Origin: Eledone cirrhosa
Lineage: Eukaryota
NCBI GenBank assembly: GCA_964016885.1
Contig: OZ024744.1
Location: forward strand, 71,424,001 to 71,488,000
Reading direction: 5' to 3'
Length of the DNA stretch: 64,000 bases
Position numbers and translations under genes: made by a program
Part shown: in pieces, positions 40,146 through 54,044 of the stretch
Layout: each line of letters begins with the position of its first letter
Numbering within the stretch: position 1 is the stretch's first letter
The notes under the pieces: model-generated
The model's database searches: none
What the model saw: the letters and a program-made list of their open reading frames with translations, nothing else
Told to the model about the DNA's origin: nothing

Positions 40146-40832
40146 GTGTGTACATATACATATATGTATGTGTATCTCTTTCTCTCTATACCAGTGTGTG
40201 TGCGTAAGTACCCGTGACAATTTTCAGATTACGCTTTATAGCAGTCCAGATGTTTCTTCACATACCTTCTCGAGGACATTATTTTACATATTTATTTTAT
40301 TTATTTATTTTTTTTAAAATTTCTAATCCCCCTCACTCCACACTACCTCCACTTCTCCAAAGACCACCACCACTCTCACCGAGAACACCACAGAAGTTAT
40401 CACCGCTATTTCCACTCCATCTCCAATCATTCTCAACACCGACACTTCCACCATCACACTTCCACCAACACAACCCGCCACTCAGGATCCTTTCCTTAGT
40501 GGTTTTGTTGTTACCGTTTTTATTGTTGTTGATTATTAAACCAGATCTGTCCAGTTTAATTAAATCTATGATCAAAAACATTCAAGCCGTGGTCATCCCG
40601 TCTTTTCAATTTGTATGGTTTATATATATTATCTAATTTTTTCTTCTTTCTTTTTTTTTTTTTTGTATTAGAGTGGTTGGAATGCGATTTGAGGGTAGAT
40701 TGCCTGGTATTTCTTGTTCTGTCGATAACGTTCAGGAGTTTTCTTCCTTTTATAGTTGTTACTATTGTTGGTGTTGAGGTCAATGCTGCTTACCGTGAGC
40801 TATGATCGAAGGGATTCCATCCTGTCTTTCAT

Positions 40833-40933
<101 letters not shown>

Positions 40934-41272
40934 AAGTGTGGTAAGAAACTAAGAAACCAGATGGACTATAACGAACCAGAGTACTCGATACTTAAAGTAG
41001 TAGAGTGTGTAATAGGAAAAAAGTCAGGTCCCCGACGGCTGAGTGCCGGCCGTTTCGACAGCTAGATCCGAACTAAGCCAGCAGTATTAGGACGACGGGA
41101 ATCTAGCTGAACTTATCAAGAGGTATAGGGCGAGTAAAATTTCAGAGATTTATGCACGACTTCTCTCCAGTGGTCTCTGTCCCTCATCATGCTTACCGAC
41201 ATTCAGAGTTGACACTGCACTCAGTGCTCATGTGGGAGCATGAGACACACTAGAAGAGGGAGACCGTGGATG

Positions 41273-41396
<124 letters not shown>

Positions 41397-41958
41397 GTAT
41401 GTATATATCAAAAGTATACATTGAGTTAAAAACTCACAATAGTCCCCTATCATTAAAATAGCTCAAAGAGAAAAAATTTCCGAGCTTACAAATACAGTAA
41501 GGAGAGTTATAAGGAGAGTATAGAGTTATATGTGTTCAAATGACAAGGGACAGAGACGGCCAGGGTAAAGAAAATATTGACTGAAATATTATGATTCACA
41601 GAATCCAATGAAAAAGATAAATTGAGAAAAACGAACCTACCATGATAACTATCATGTACCCGGACAGTTTAGGGGTAGAACTGTTTCGTAAAGTTCAGCG
41701 AGGAGAATTATTGGGGTGATGCTTCTCAACCCACGGCAATATTCACTTAACTACTATGTTTGGTAGAAAACTAAATAACACATGTGAGTTAAAAGAGAGA
41801 GCACATGGAAATAATGTGCCAGGCGGAACGAATAGAACGAAAGGTTACTAGAAAAATAGCAGCCAGAACCATTTGATATATTAAAGCTCAACAAAAGCGA
41901 TGGAGCAAATTTATCAAAACTATATATATATATATGTGTATATACGTGTATATATATA

Positions 41959-42037
<79 letters not shown>

Positions 42038-42329
42038 ATATATATATCATAAATTATGTCCTTAGAATTATTAGATAAAATATATACCATTTCCTCTACC
42101 AATTAGCATAATTAACCATATAAAAATCAATTAGACCAGGCTATAAGAATAAAGGCTCTTATGAAGAAATTTTCGACAAATAACCGAAAACGGCCTCTTC
42201 GCGGTGGCCCCAATAGAGTATTTATCCAACATTTCAGCAGCATGTAGAAACTGACTAAATATACCATCAACCATACACAATTAGGTGTAAATTCAAACTT
42301 AGAAGAAATGTGTACATACCGTAATTATA

Positions 42330-42411
42330 TCTCTACCATGGTTTCGTCCGTATTTTTAGACATCCAATTATCAGGATACAATACATCCAGAGTAACAGAC
42401 TCATCAGGAGA
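42330..42411 (-). ncRNA. Type I hammerhead ribozyme
   Basis: Stem I TCTC/GAGA; CTGATGA; stem II GTCTGT/ACGGAC with a large loop; GAAA; palindromic stem III ACCATGGT; GUA site. Confidence 0.82.
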
Positions 42412-42418
42412 AAACTCA

Positions 42419-42450
<32 letters not shown>

Positions 42451-43671
42451 AGTACCCCTTTCCTCTAATTATATGCATTCATGCATATCTTTTACCTTTT
42501 AATGTTTTAGCTTCCTTGGGTTTATGCGTTAATGACTAAAGGCAACAAGGTACACAACCACCCGTAATTGCATGAGTAGATATATATATCTATGTATGAT
42601 ATGGGAATATATTTGTGCATATGTATATGTATATATATGGGTATAGGTGTGTATGTGTAAATATAGATATGTATAAATATATGTGTATATGATTATGTGC
42701 ATATGTGTAAATGTGTATTTATGTTTGCATCTATTTATGCGTATGTATATTTTAGTTGGGTATCAATGTAACTATACCTCTATCTCTAATGTGGGTATAT
42801 GTACTTTGTGATCTATGGAATTTATGCGTTTTGACTATGTCAACATGTATTTATCTGAGTTTGATTATTTATACATAAACATACTTGATAGTATTTTAGA
42901 GCGTATCATACGCTGTATTATACTAAGTGCAATTTACCACACCGTACTATATATTGTGTTGGTTATATTATATTATTGCAATACTGTATTTCATTATCTT
43001 ATTATAATTTTCATCTTTTAATATACTATCTTTCCTAGCCATGGCTTTAATTTATATTCACCTAAAAACTCCATATAACACTAATCATCATTTATTTTTA
43101 CATTCCTTTTAAAATTCACTATATCAGATACATTTAACTAACTATCAATTTGACAATCCCTTTCCTCCTAATAGATTTTTTATGGCAATTCTATTATTAA
43201 CACCATTCAACCATTCCTTTCAAAGGGTCATGACCTCAACTAAAGTGAATTACTTTTCATCTTAACACCATATGGAAAAAACGATTTGATTGGTTAGTTC
43301 TTCAACTACCTCCAAATAAGGACAAGATACTAACATACTACTAATTATGAATAAAATTATTATTGCTTTTGAAACAGCTGGTGATATGCATGTAAGTAAA
43401 TATTCTCTTTATCTGATATTTTGTAACTAACCTTACATATATCAATAACGAAGTATAGCTACAATGTATTATCATCACCTAGAAACGATCGTAAAGCAGT
43501 GAAGTATATCTCTAATGACTTGATTTTTTATTTCATTGTTTTAACTTATATCATGACTCTGTTTTCCTTTTAATGTTTTATTGTTTTCCGGGATTTATCT
43601 TAACCTACAACATTTTCAACATATGGATTACATTGAGTTCTTCATGAAGAATAGACCCCACAATTTACCGT

Positions 43672-43738
<67 letters not shown>

Positions 43739-45487
43739 GTTATGCAAGAAATGCTTGGGATTATCCTGAATGCAGTAAGGGTTAATTACTACACTAGATA
43801 GAGTCGACGTACGGTGAGGAGTTACTCAACGAGTTACAAAAGAACAGTTAAGGAAACTTGGTTTCCGATTCTTCTATAATCCGGAGTGTAGATAAAGAAT
43901 GATTAATAAAACAGGTAGACATCATAAAAAGCTAATTTATTCCAAGTGTTTACAAATATTTCCTTAGAGGTTACACAGTCTAGTCATGCTATATGCAAAT
44001 TGGTAGTTATTAATTTTTAGATACTCAATTTTCAAATGCTGGTCGTACCACCAATTCTTCAGAGTTCTGAAGAATTGGTGGTACGAACAGCATTTGAAAA
44101 TTGAGTATCTGCAGATTCATAACTACCAATTTGCATATAGCATGACTAGGCTGTGAAACTACTAAGGAATCATTTGTAAACACTTGGAATAAATTACCTT
44201 TTTATGATGTCTACCTGTTTTATAAATCATTCTTTATATATAAATATATATGTAAATTTTGCCTAATTGAAGTAATAATTTATAGATAATTATATCTAAT
44301 AAAATAACCTCATTGAGAGATTTTTTATCCTATGATTTGATTAGGATAGCTCAATATTTAATTAGACATCAATTAAGATATATACAATAGATAGTTTAAT
44401 AGTTTAAGGTTCTTAAAATATCGCTGGACGTGGGAGAAGTGATTCCCTCTAAGTTAAAAAATGCTTTTATTTGTAAAAGAGTTATCTTCCTTTTGTTTAC
44501 ATTGTCCGAACATTTTTTTTATTAGTTTAGAAAAAACATATATAAAATATAAAATATGGATTAATAAATAATAATTAATAGTTTAATAATACATAGACTA
44601 TCATTAAAAGTAAACTATATATATCAGAATAATTAAATATAGAAGTAAATATAACCATTCATTAAATGAAATTAAGTTTATGGAGAGTAAATATAACCAC
44701 AGTTAGATTAAAAAATTAATGAAAATTAAAAAATAACGAAGTTTCACATCAAGTGAATTTTAAATTAATTTAGATAATAAATGAACAAAATATACTATAT
44801 ATATTAATGAGGATATATGAATTTTAATATATTTTAATACATATTTAATAGTTATTTAATTAGGCATTAAAGATAAATTGTTTTAAAGTTGTAGTATAAT
44901 ATTAATAGAATATCTTATAATAAAACATTGTCATAATCTAGAATGAGCTACATTAAATTAAATTAATTTAAGCATATAAATTTATAATTAACTTCAATAT
45001 TTGATTGCTATAGAAAGTAATCTATGCCTAATAATCAGGATATAGTATAAACTTATAATTAACTAAAGCGGTATTCACTGATAAATATTAGGGACAATTT
45101 TGAATTTTGAATTTTGTCTAACATTTGAATACAACGGGTTTTTTTTTTATCCCCCCCCCCCCTATTTTATCCTTTCCTTTTCTCTTTTTCTTCGTTTTTC
45201 TTTATTTCCCTGCTTTTTTCTTTTTTCTCCCCGCATCTTCCCTTTTCTTCTGTATTTTATTCCCCTTCTTCTCTCTTTTTTCTTATTTATTTATTTCCCT
45301 TCTTTTTCTTCGCATCTTCCATGTCAACTCTCCTTCTATATTTCTACCTTGCTCTACGTCCTCTTCTTCTCTAAGTTTATCATATTATTTGGGGTATAAA
45401 AACGCTGAGGATTGGTGAAATAAATCAGTACCACTATTGGAATTGAATAATCAAAACCGTAGCGGTATGTCGCATATCCAATTTCTC

Positions 45488-45556
45488 ATATATTTTATCT
45501 GATGAAAACGTACTTAAACAACACTGTACCTTTGAAATATGTATAATAAAATATAT
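45488..45556 (+). ncRNA. Type I hammerhead ribozyme
   Basis: Stem I ATATATTTTAT/ATAAAATATAT; CTGATGA; stem II AAA-C-GTAC/GTAC-C-TTT; GAAA; stem III ATATGTAT. Lies about 45 nt upstream of a (TA)n tract. Confidence 0.8.
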
Positions 45557-45596
45557 ATTTTGGTTATGAGAATATTTTTCATTTATTAATATTTTT

Positions 45597-45761
<165 letters not shown>

Positions 45762-45872
45762 AATTAGTATATCTAGTAACATATATATACATAGATGCAT
45801 ACTTATGCTAGCAAATATATAGGTTTTGTCTTAGTAACTTTGTGGTTCAATGCATGGGGTTGCAGAACAATA

Positions 45873-46529
45873 ATATGAGAGACGTAAAATAAGAAAATTA
45901 TAAAATTAACTTACTTACTAAAATTTCACTCCCAACTAATTAGTTTCTGAAAGGGAATAAACATACTTTCCGAAGAAGAGTACAGAGAAGCCTTTCGTCA
46001 TCAGGGAAGTCTATTCTCAGCTAAGTTTCCAGGCAATACGTGGACACAGGGAACTTATATAAAAATAATTCAGTGGAGGGAAAAAAGCAAAGCGTGGACT
46101 TAATTCCTAGCCATTGAGAAAATCACTGCCTACTGCGTCGGTGGCAAATTCAAAAGAATCAATCACGTGACATCGAGGTCAATCAGTGGAAAGTGGTTTG
46201 TTAAGAAGACAGCAGCCTGACTGTTACTATTGACCTCGATGTCACGTGATTGATTCTTTTGAATTTGCCACCGACGCAGTAGGCAGTGATTTTCTCAATG
46301 GCTAGGAATTAAGTCCACGCTTTGCTTTTTTCCCTCCACTGAATTATTTTTGTATAAGTTCCCTGTGTCCACGTATTGCCTGGAAACTTAGCTGAGAATA
46401 GACTTCCCTGATGACAAAAGGCTTCTCTGTACTCTTCTTCGGAAAGTATGTTTATTTCCTTTCAGAAACTAATTAGTTGGGAGTGAAATTTTAGTAAGTA
46501 AGTTAATTTTATAATTTTCTTATTTTACG

Positions 46530-46539
<10 letters not shown>
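45873..46539. repeat. Long near-perfect inverted repeat (arms ~311 bp, 45-bp spacer)
   Basis: 45873-46183 is the reverse complement of 46229-46539 with about three mismatches. Lies between (TA)n tracts. Confidence 0.95.
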
Positions 46540-46596
<57 letters not shown>

Positions 46597-46719
46597 GGAG
46601 GTGAGTTTTATTGTAGTACAATAAAGCAATGCAGATATCGGATAAGAAGCACTCTACAGTTTGTGGGACTGGAGTATGCATAATATAAGATCAAAAGATG
46701 GTTAAAGGAGTTCCATATA

Positions 46720-46786
46720 TTTTATTATGCGCATTTCAAAAACAAACATCATCAAGCAATAATATTTGTGTTTTCATCAGATAAAA
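46720..46786 (-). ncRNA. Type I hammerhead ribozyme
   Basis: Stem I TTTTAT/ATAAAA; CTGATGA; stem II AAA-C-ACAAATATTATT/GATGATGTTTGT-T-TTT with three G-U pairs that only form on this strand; palindromic stem III ATGCGCAT. Confidence 0.82.
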
Positions 46787-47746
46787 CAGGAGAACATGAT
46801 ATGAAGGCTAAAAAAACACTTGTTGATAGTGCAGTTTTTAATCAACATATGAAAAGTGGTTTTAGATTGATGTGTGATATTGGGAAAAATATTTTATTTA
46901 GAGAGGGGGGGGGGGAAGGATGAAAAGGGAAGGGGATGAGAGGGAGAGATGGGTGATAGAGAGAAAGAGATAGTTTTTATAACTGAGAGGAGATATATTT
47001 TTTACATAGAGGGGTTGAAAACCGTTGGAAGATACTGTATAAATTAAAAATTTTGAAAATTAACGAAGGGAGGATATGTGCGAGGAAAAAAAAAAAAAAT
47101 TTATTTAGGGAGGGGGGTGGGGGTGGAAAGGATGAAAAAAAAGGGGGGAGGAGATGAGAGTGAAGGTGGAGAGGGAGAGATGGGTGATAGAGAGAAAGAG
47201 ATAGTTTTTATAACTGAGAAAAAGATATATTGTTTTAATATAGAGAGGTTGGGAACCGTTGGAAGATAATGTATAAATTAAAGGAATTTGAAAATTAACG
47301 AAGGGAAATTATGTATGAAGATAGAGAGAAAAAAATAATAATTGTGGGTGAATATTCTAACGTCAAAAGAAGAAATGTATGTATTGTGGCAATTTCAAAA
47401 TTAGCGAAGAGAAAAAATGTTAAGGTTTGTGTGTAGAAGGATTTGAGAAAAATAATGTGAAGTTAAAGTTTGTATATTGAATTGATATGTATTAATAATG
47501 AGTTCGTTGATGGGGAGAAAAAAATAATAATAAATTAAGGATGAAATTGAGATTAAAAAGATTTATGATAGAGAGAAAAAATAATAATGATTGCGGATGA
47601 ATATTCAAAATGTCAAAAACAAATGTTATTATTTTACGAGAAGATAGAATGAGGGTAATGAGTAAACGAGTATTATAGAGTGTATAATGCCCTTTAAAGT
47701 AAGGTAGATGGGTATATTTTAAAGAGGTGTATGTATATGTGCCTTT

Positions 47747-47779
<33 letters not shown>

Positions 47780-47782
<3 letters not shown>

Positions 47783-48115
47783 TTTTACTCTTTCACCTGT
47801 TCCAGTCGACGTGCTGGGGCACCGCCATTGACGCTATACTTTCTAAAGCCAGCTTTCCTTGGTTGGCTATTGAAGCAAAAGGGAGTTTGTTGTTGCTGCT
47901 CTTATTGGTGCTTCGCCTCGTGCTGTGGGTTCATGCGGGATCTTGGTCAGTAAAAAGTCGAGATGTCTTTTGAAAACATCTACGTGTACAACATGTAGAT
48001 CTCTCAGATCTTTTGACAACTTATTAAAGAGCTGGGACGGGGAGGGACCTTTGAACCTCAAGGTATTGCAGTATCTGGTCTTGATTCTTGATGTGAAGGA
48101 TGCGTGGCGTTCTGT
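47780..48115 (-). mobile_element. 3' fragment of a CR1/L2-group-like LINE
   Basis: QLFNKLSKDLRDL..VDVFKRHLDFLLTKIPHEP..AATTNSL, then GGTGCCCCAGCA and a TAAAAGA tail. Confidence 0.55.
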
Positions 48116-48321
48116 TGGAATGTGTAACGAAAGTGTTTTGACAATATATAAACAACCATCCGGTTATTGAACCAACCAACTGGAAATTTGTAATAAATTG
48201 AAGTGAAAACCAACAGGTGCATGTGTTGTTATTGGTAGCATGATCCACCCACAGTATAACAATATCTATTTCAACACACGTCTTCAGATAAGAAATCTTG
48301 CAAAACAAATTCAATAACGAA

Positions 48322-48456
<135 letters not shown>

Positions 48457-48663
48457 CGAAGGAAATGTGGTAAGGAACCAGGTGGACCATAACGCACCAA
48501 AGTACTCAATACTTAGGGTAGTAGAGTGGGTAATAGGAACGAGTAGGACCCCGACGGCTGAGCTCAAGCCGTTTCGACGGCTAATTCTGGACTAAAAAAA
48601 AAATAAAAAAAAAGAATTCGCCGTCGAAAGGGCTTGAGCTCAGCCGTCGGGGTCCTACTCGTT

Positions 48664-48743
<80 letters not shown>

Positions 48744-49099
48744 TATAAAGAATAGAAAACGAAAAATCAGTGATGCATCTGAAATCAATTTATTGTGTGT
48801 TACAATTGTTTCCCCGGCGGACAGCTCGAGATGCGATCGTTGTGTGGAACTGTCTGATTCTGGACAGAGAATATGCTCCGAAATCATTAGACGTGTCCGT
48901 CGAACCTGCTGGTCCAGAATCAGAGAGATCCACACAATGATCGCATCTCGAGCTGTCCGCCGGGGAAACAATTGTAACACACAATAAATTGAGTTCAGAT
49001 GCATCACTGATTTTTCGTTTTCTATTCTATCATACTCTACTCTGTAAGAGCATAGAGTGCTCAACTGGCATACCGCCTATGGAAGCATCTTAGCTACCA

Positions 49100-49200
<101 letters not shown>

Positions 49201-49380
49201 AGGGTATGGATATTCCAACAGGCACTAGGTACCTACAGAAATATGCATGGTGTTTATAATAGTTGTGGTTCGATGGTACTAATTTGAGATACCAGAACTA
49301 TAAAAATGAGCGGAGCAAGCAATTATCAAACAATCTTTTAAATAAATTAAAAAACGATTTAAATATTCACCTGCTCTATT

Positions 49381-49460
49381 GCTGTTACCGACGGTTTCAC
49401 TAATCAAAAGATTGGAAATCCAGAGAATTTCCAATGGAAAGAATTAGATATTCAGACAGC
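49381..49460 (-). ncRNA. Type I hammerhead ribozyme with one core substitution
   Basis: Stem I GCTGT/ACAGC; core CTGAATA (G8 to U); stem II CTAAT/ATTAG plus ATTGGAAAT/ATTTCCAAT; GAAA; stem III ACCG-T-CGGT; GUA site. Confidence 0.62.
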
Positions 49461-50007
49461 TATTTCCATATCATAAGGGTGCAAAACCTCATAGTAAGTC
49501 AATATTCCGCTTACTGCCCGACGCATGCGGTCAAGCCATTGAAGTGACGCACACGCAAAAACGATTGAACTACAACTATTATAAACACCATACATATTTC
49601 TGTAGGGTCCTAATGCCTGTTGGAATATCCATACCCTTTTATAATTTTTCTCCTTATGTAGAGAACAAAACGTTGTATCGCGCTGCTATTTTTAGCGCAT
49701 GATCAGCAAGTTTATAATAACCCGCTTTTACTTGTGGCCTAATTTTGCTCCGCTCATTTATATATATATATATATATATGCACCCTATTCTGTCATGTCT
49801 CCAGAGTTGAAAAACTTTTCATTAATTTGTTTGCGTTCTCACACATACTCACGCGCGCACATATACACACACACATACATATTTATAAGACAAATCAACA
49901 AGAAAACAATATAACATTAACAACAATAATAATACACACACACACACGCACATACACACACATATATATAAGACAAGTCAACTAGAAAACATAATAATAA
50001 TAATAAT

Positions 50008-51771
50008 GATTTCATTTATTAACCACAAGGGCCGACATGTAGGGGACAATACAAAGACAGGGACAGTGGGGGTTTACAATAAGTTCGAGTAAAAGTGCAC
50101 AATGGCAAGACTAATTTAACAATGTAGATATAAAAAATATAAAATAAACTATGCATAAATATAACAAAATAAATTCCCCGATAAGGGTGGACGACCTTGG
50201 GGTGACTCAGGTACCCCACCAATCTTGAACCACCCTGCGCGTCTAGGGCACCCAGAGAGAGCACCGCTCTCCTCAAGTTAGCTAGCCTATAGGCGCATGG
50301 TCAGAGTAGGCCCATTCACACGGGCCATTATCGCCACATTCATCCACCTTTTAGCAAATGTACTGAGGGAGCAGCACTTCTCTCTCCACCCTCACCTTCC
50401 GTTCCAGGTGAAACTTGAAGAAGTTGATGAGGGATTGGCCGAAGAGAAAAGTGTCTGTCTTCAGTCCTTTTTATCTGGTCCACCATATAACCCCTTTCAC
50501 AACAGCCACCAGACAGAGGAAAATTTCCTGCTCTTCCTGACCTAAGGAAGGCAGCGGGTCGATGTTCACTATGAACTCGGCCGATAGACGGATTCGTTCC
50601 ACACGCGACAGTAGCTGTTCGACATAACACCACAAGTCAGTAATGCACGGACATTGGACGAGTGCGTGCACAACGGTTCCGTCGTTCTGTGCGCATCTTG
50701 GGCAGGTCCGTCTGACAGCACTTTCGTGCCTGTAGAGTTTATCCCGAACCGGCAGTGCTCCCCGGTAGCACTGCCAAGTGAGGGATTTTTGGAAATTGTC
50801 CATCGTCCCCGGCTCGAAAGTCCTCCGGTACAGACTGGTCAGTTCGACTTCGTCGAGACCCAAAGCTTCTTCGAGTGCGTCATCGCACTTGCTCACCACT
50901 AATCCTCTATAGAACTCGAGAGTGGAAGTTCCACTGATCGCATTGCCCGCTTGGTAGAAGGCAGTGAGTGCTTGGCAACATTCCAGGTGCCAGTCACCCA
51001 GTCTCGGTCTCTTCTTGACCCAGGACTGCAGCTCAGTCAAAGAAAAGAGCTGCGGAAAGGCCCGTCTGATAAACGGCGACCACACCTGTTCACCGTTTAG
51101 GCAGAATATCGGGAGATGTCACAGCCTCAACGCATGTCTGCACATCATTAGCCACGGCATGCACAGCCCTCCGCGTAGAGGGTGCTGGCAGCAGATGGAC
51201 CGCTTTACCAACGGAACTTGTCCGTCCACAAGAATTTGAAGAGGAGCCGTTCCAACTTGTCGAGGCGCGGACGGGAGCAAGGCACAACGGTCAGGCGGTA
51301 ATAGATGACGGACGCGATGTACGCATTCGCCACCTCCGCGCGACCTTTCAGTGATAGCTTCCTCCCAGCCCATTTTTGGTTGAGACTGGCTACTCTGTTC
51401 GTTACCTAGTTCCAATTCTTTTCCACCTGGAGATCTGGTCCGAACCAAACCCCGAGCAACTTTACCGGTCCGTCCGTCCAGCGCCCCACGACGCTGTTGG
51501 ACGGCATAGGCTTGCCTCTCCAGGTTCTGAGCTGCAAGCCCACCGACTTTTCCGGGTTAAGTTTGGCTGCTGTCAACCTTTCATATTCCTTCAATAAGGT
51601 GCCGACCACCTCGATTTCTGAGGTGTCCGACACCATCACGGTGATGTCGTCCTCATAAGCCGACACCGCCTTTCCACGCCCCGGTTCGAGCGGGATGCCC
51701 TGCAACAGCTCCAGCTTCCGCAGTAAAGGTTCGAGAGTCAATACGTACAGAAGGGAAGAGAGAGGACACCC
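50008..51771 (-). mobile_element. Tx1-like LINE, 5'-truncated and decayed
   Basis: GCPLSSLLY, AYEDD, GVWFGPDLQ, CPRC..TVVHALVQC. AATAAA + (ATT)n tail at 49991-50007. The 5' break abuts (TTA)n. Confidence 0.88.
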
Positions 51772-51822
<51 letters not shown>

Positions 51823-51827
<5 letters not shown>

Positions 51828-53301
51828 ATCTAGGTGTTTGTGAAGGAGACGGAATCAAGCACTCGACAATGAGGGAAAGGATAAGGAAGGAATGTTACCG
51901 CAGAGTCAGAGCAATCTTAAGAACGGAATTGAATGCAAGGAATAGGATCGATGCCATAAACACGCTTGCCATACCAGTAGTAACCTACAGTTACAATGTC
52001 ATCAACTGGTCAAGCACAGAGATCCGTAGGCTCGATACAAAAATCCGAAAATTCTTAACCATGCACAGAATGCATCACCCTAAGGCAGATATAGATAGAA
52101 TATATCTCCCTAGGAGAGAAGGAGGACGTGGGTTAATCCAGTTAGACATTGCGTTGAAAACTGCAACAATTGGATTATCCACATATCTAAGGGAATCACA
52201 TGATTGGATGATCAAACTCGTTTTGAAACACGAAAGCATCAAAAGATCATATTCCATTACAAAAGATGCACAAAGATACAGTAATGGACTACAAATTTCA
52301 GAAGTCCCATTTACTGCTGAAATGGAAAACACAGAAAAAGCAAAGCAGGTAAAAGTAACTGCAAAGAAAGAACTGCTACAGAAACTGGCTAAGAAATGGC
52401 AAGAAAAGCCTCTGTATAGAAAATACCCAGAGCGAGCTAACAATCCTGATGTTGACAAAACTTTAACCCATCAGTGGTTGGCATCCTCTGGACTGAAATC
52501 GGAGACTGAAGGACTGATTATATCGGCACAAGATCAGTGTCTGCCAACAAAAAATTACCAAGCCAACATAATAAAAAATGGGTGCAGCCCATTATGCCGT
52601 GTATGCAAAAAACAACCAGAGACCATTGACCATATAATTTCAATGTGCAGTCCTATAGCTCCAACCGAATACCTAAACAGGCATGACAGAGCTGCACAAT
52701 ACATACATTGGATAATGTGTAAGCATTTTGACCTGCCCCATCAAAAGAATTGGTGGGAGCATCAACCACCTCCCATACTTGAAAAAGATCACATCTCAAT
52801 CTTGTGGAACTTTAGCATCCAAACAGACCGAAAAATAGATGCAAATAGACCTGATATAATATTGAAGGACTTTCAAAGGAGGGTATGCCTGCTAATTGAT
52901 ATGTCTGTTCCAATAGACAAGAATGTATCTATAAAAACATTTGAAAAATTGAGCAAGTATAAGGACCGGGAGATAGAAATTGGAAAAATGTGGAAATTGA
53001 GAACTAAAACAATACCAGTGGTTGTAGGCGCTCTGGGAATGATACCTAAGGGGTCTAACGACTACTTATCGCAAATCCCAGGAAACCCGCGTATAGGAGA
53101 AATACAAAAGATAGTACTAATGGGAACTGCCCATATACTAAGGAAGATCCTGTCAATATAAGTACATCACAAGTCTAAACACTAAGGATGCATGTGTGAA
53201 TATGTATGTTCTTCCTTGAACATGGCGGACCTTGTTGTCTCTTGAGGTCACTGGTTGTGACTTGGTGATAACTCGTATGAACATAAAGCAAGATAAATGC
53301 A

Positions 53302-53302
<1 letters not shown>
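51823..53302 (+). mobile_element. Family A R4/Dong-like LINE, 5'-truncated, remaining frame intact
   Basis: Nearly identical to 5416-6895 reversed. Starts at KYLG straight after (TAA)n and ends in (TAA)n at 53303-53336. Confidence 0.92.
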
Positions 53303-53338
<36 letters not shown>

Positions 53339-53367
53339 CCACCACCACCAACAACAACAATAATAAT

Positions 53368-53399
<32 letters not shown>

Positions 53400-53492
53400 T
53401 TATTAAAATAACAGATTAAAGTTTAAGCAAAGAATCGCTGCTTCCACCCTTTGGATTTTAGTCTTCACATTTATTATTATTATTATATTTAA

Positions 53493-53597
53493 GGCGGTGG
53501 ATTGGCAATATCGGTAGAGGGTCGGACGCCATGCTTTGCAACAAAGAGTCACGTCCCTTTATGATCTGAGTTCAAATCCCGCCGAGGTTAACTTTGC
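53493..53597 (+). mobile_element. tRNA-derived SINE, 5' half
   Basis: GGCGGTGGATTGGCAATATCGGTAGAGGG..GAGTTCAAATCCCGCCGAGG after an ATT tract. Confidence 0.78.
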
Positions 53598-53956
53598 ACA
53601 CACACATATATATATATATGTATTAGAAAGTGAGGTTTTTTTACAAAATGAAAAATAACCGAGGTGTCCTACACGAGTGAAAGTATAAAGAATAAAAGAT
53701 GAAATCGAAAATGCAACTGGAGCCTGATTTAAAAAGAAATATACATTTATTTGGTTCCTTTATCGGTTTCGCAGTTCTTCTGCTTTTCAAAAGTAGAGTT
53801 GAGATGGAGGGTCTGTGAGAAAAACCACAGACCCTCCATCACAACTCTACTTTTGAAAAGCAGAAGAAATGCGAAACCGGTAAAGGAACCAAATAAATAT
53901 TTATATTTTTAAAAAATAAGACTCCAGTTGTATTTTCGATTTCATCTTTTTTTCTT

Positions 53957-54042
<86 letters not shown>

Positions 54043-54044
<2 letters not shown>

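Noticed and set aside
40214-40805. Possible host exon or Penelope endonuclease remnant
   Set aside because: Low-complexity overlapping ORFs with no recognisable motif or splice evidence.
46401-46460. CTGATGA...GAAA in the 311-bp palindrome arms as a hammerhead
   Set aside because: No stem III/NUH or adjacent stem I could be built, so it was not called. It is still worth a formal motif search.
46905-47620. ~200-bp direct duplications in AT/GA-rich sequence
   Set aside because: Ordinary tandem duplication within the probable 3' UTR upstream of the 46720 hammerhead. No independent significance seen.
51695-53161. 488-aa ORF with a poly-Asn N-terminus as a novel fusion protein
   Set aside because: It is chance read-through from antisense Tx1 sequence across (AAT)n into a 5'-truncated Dong copy.
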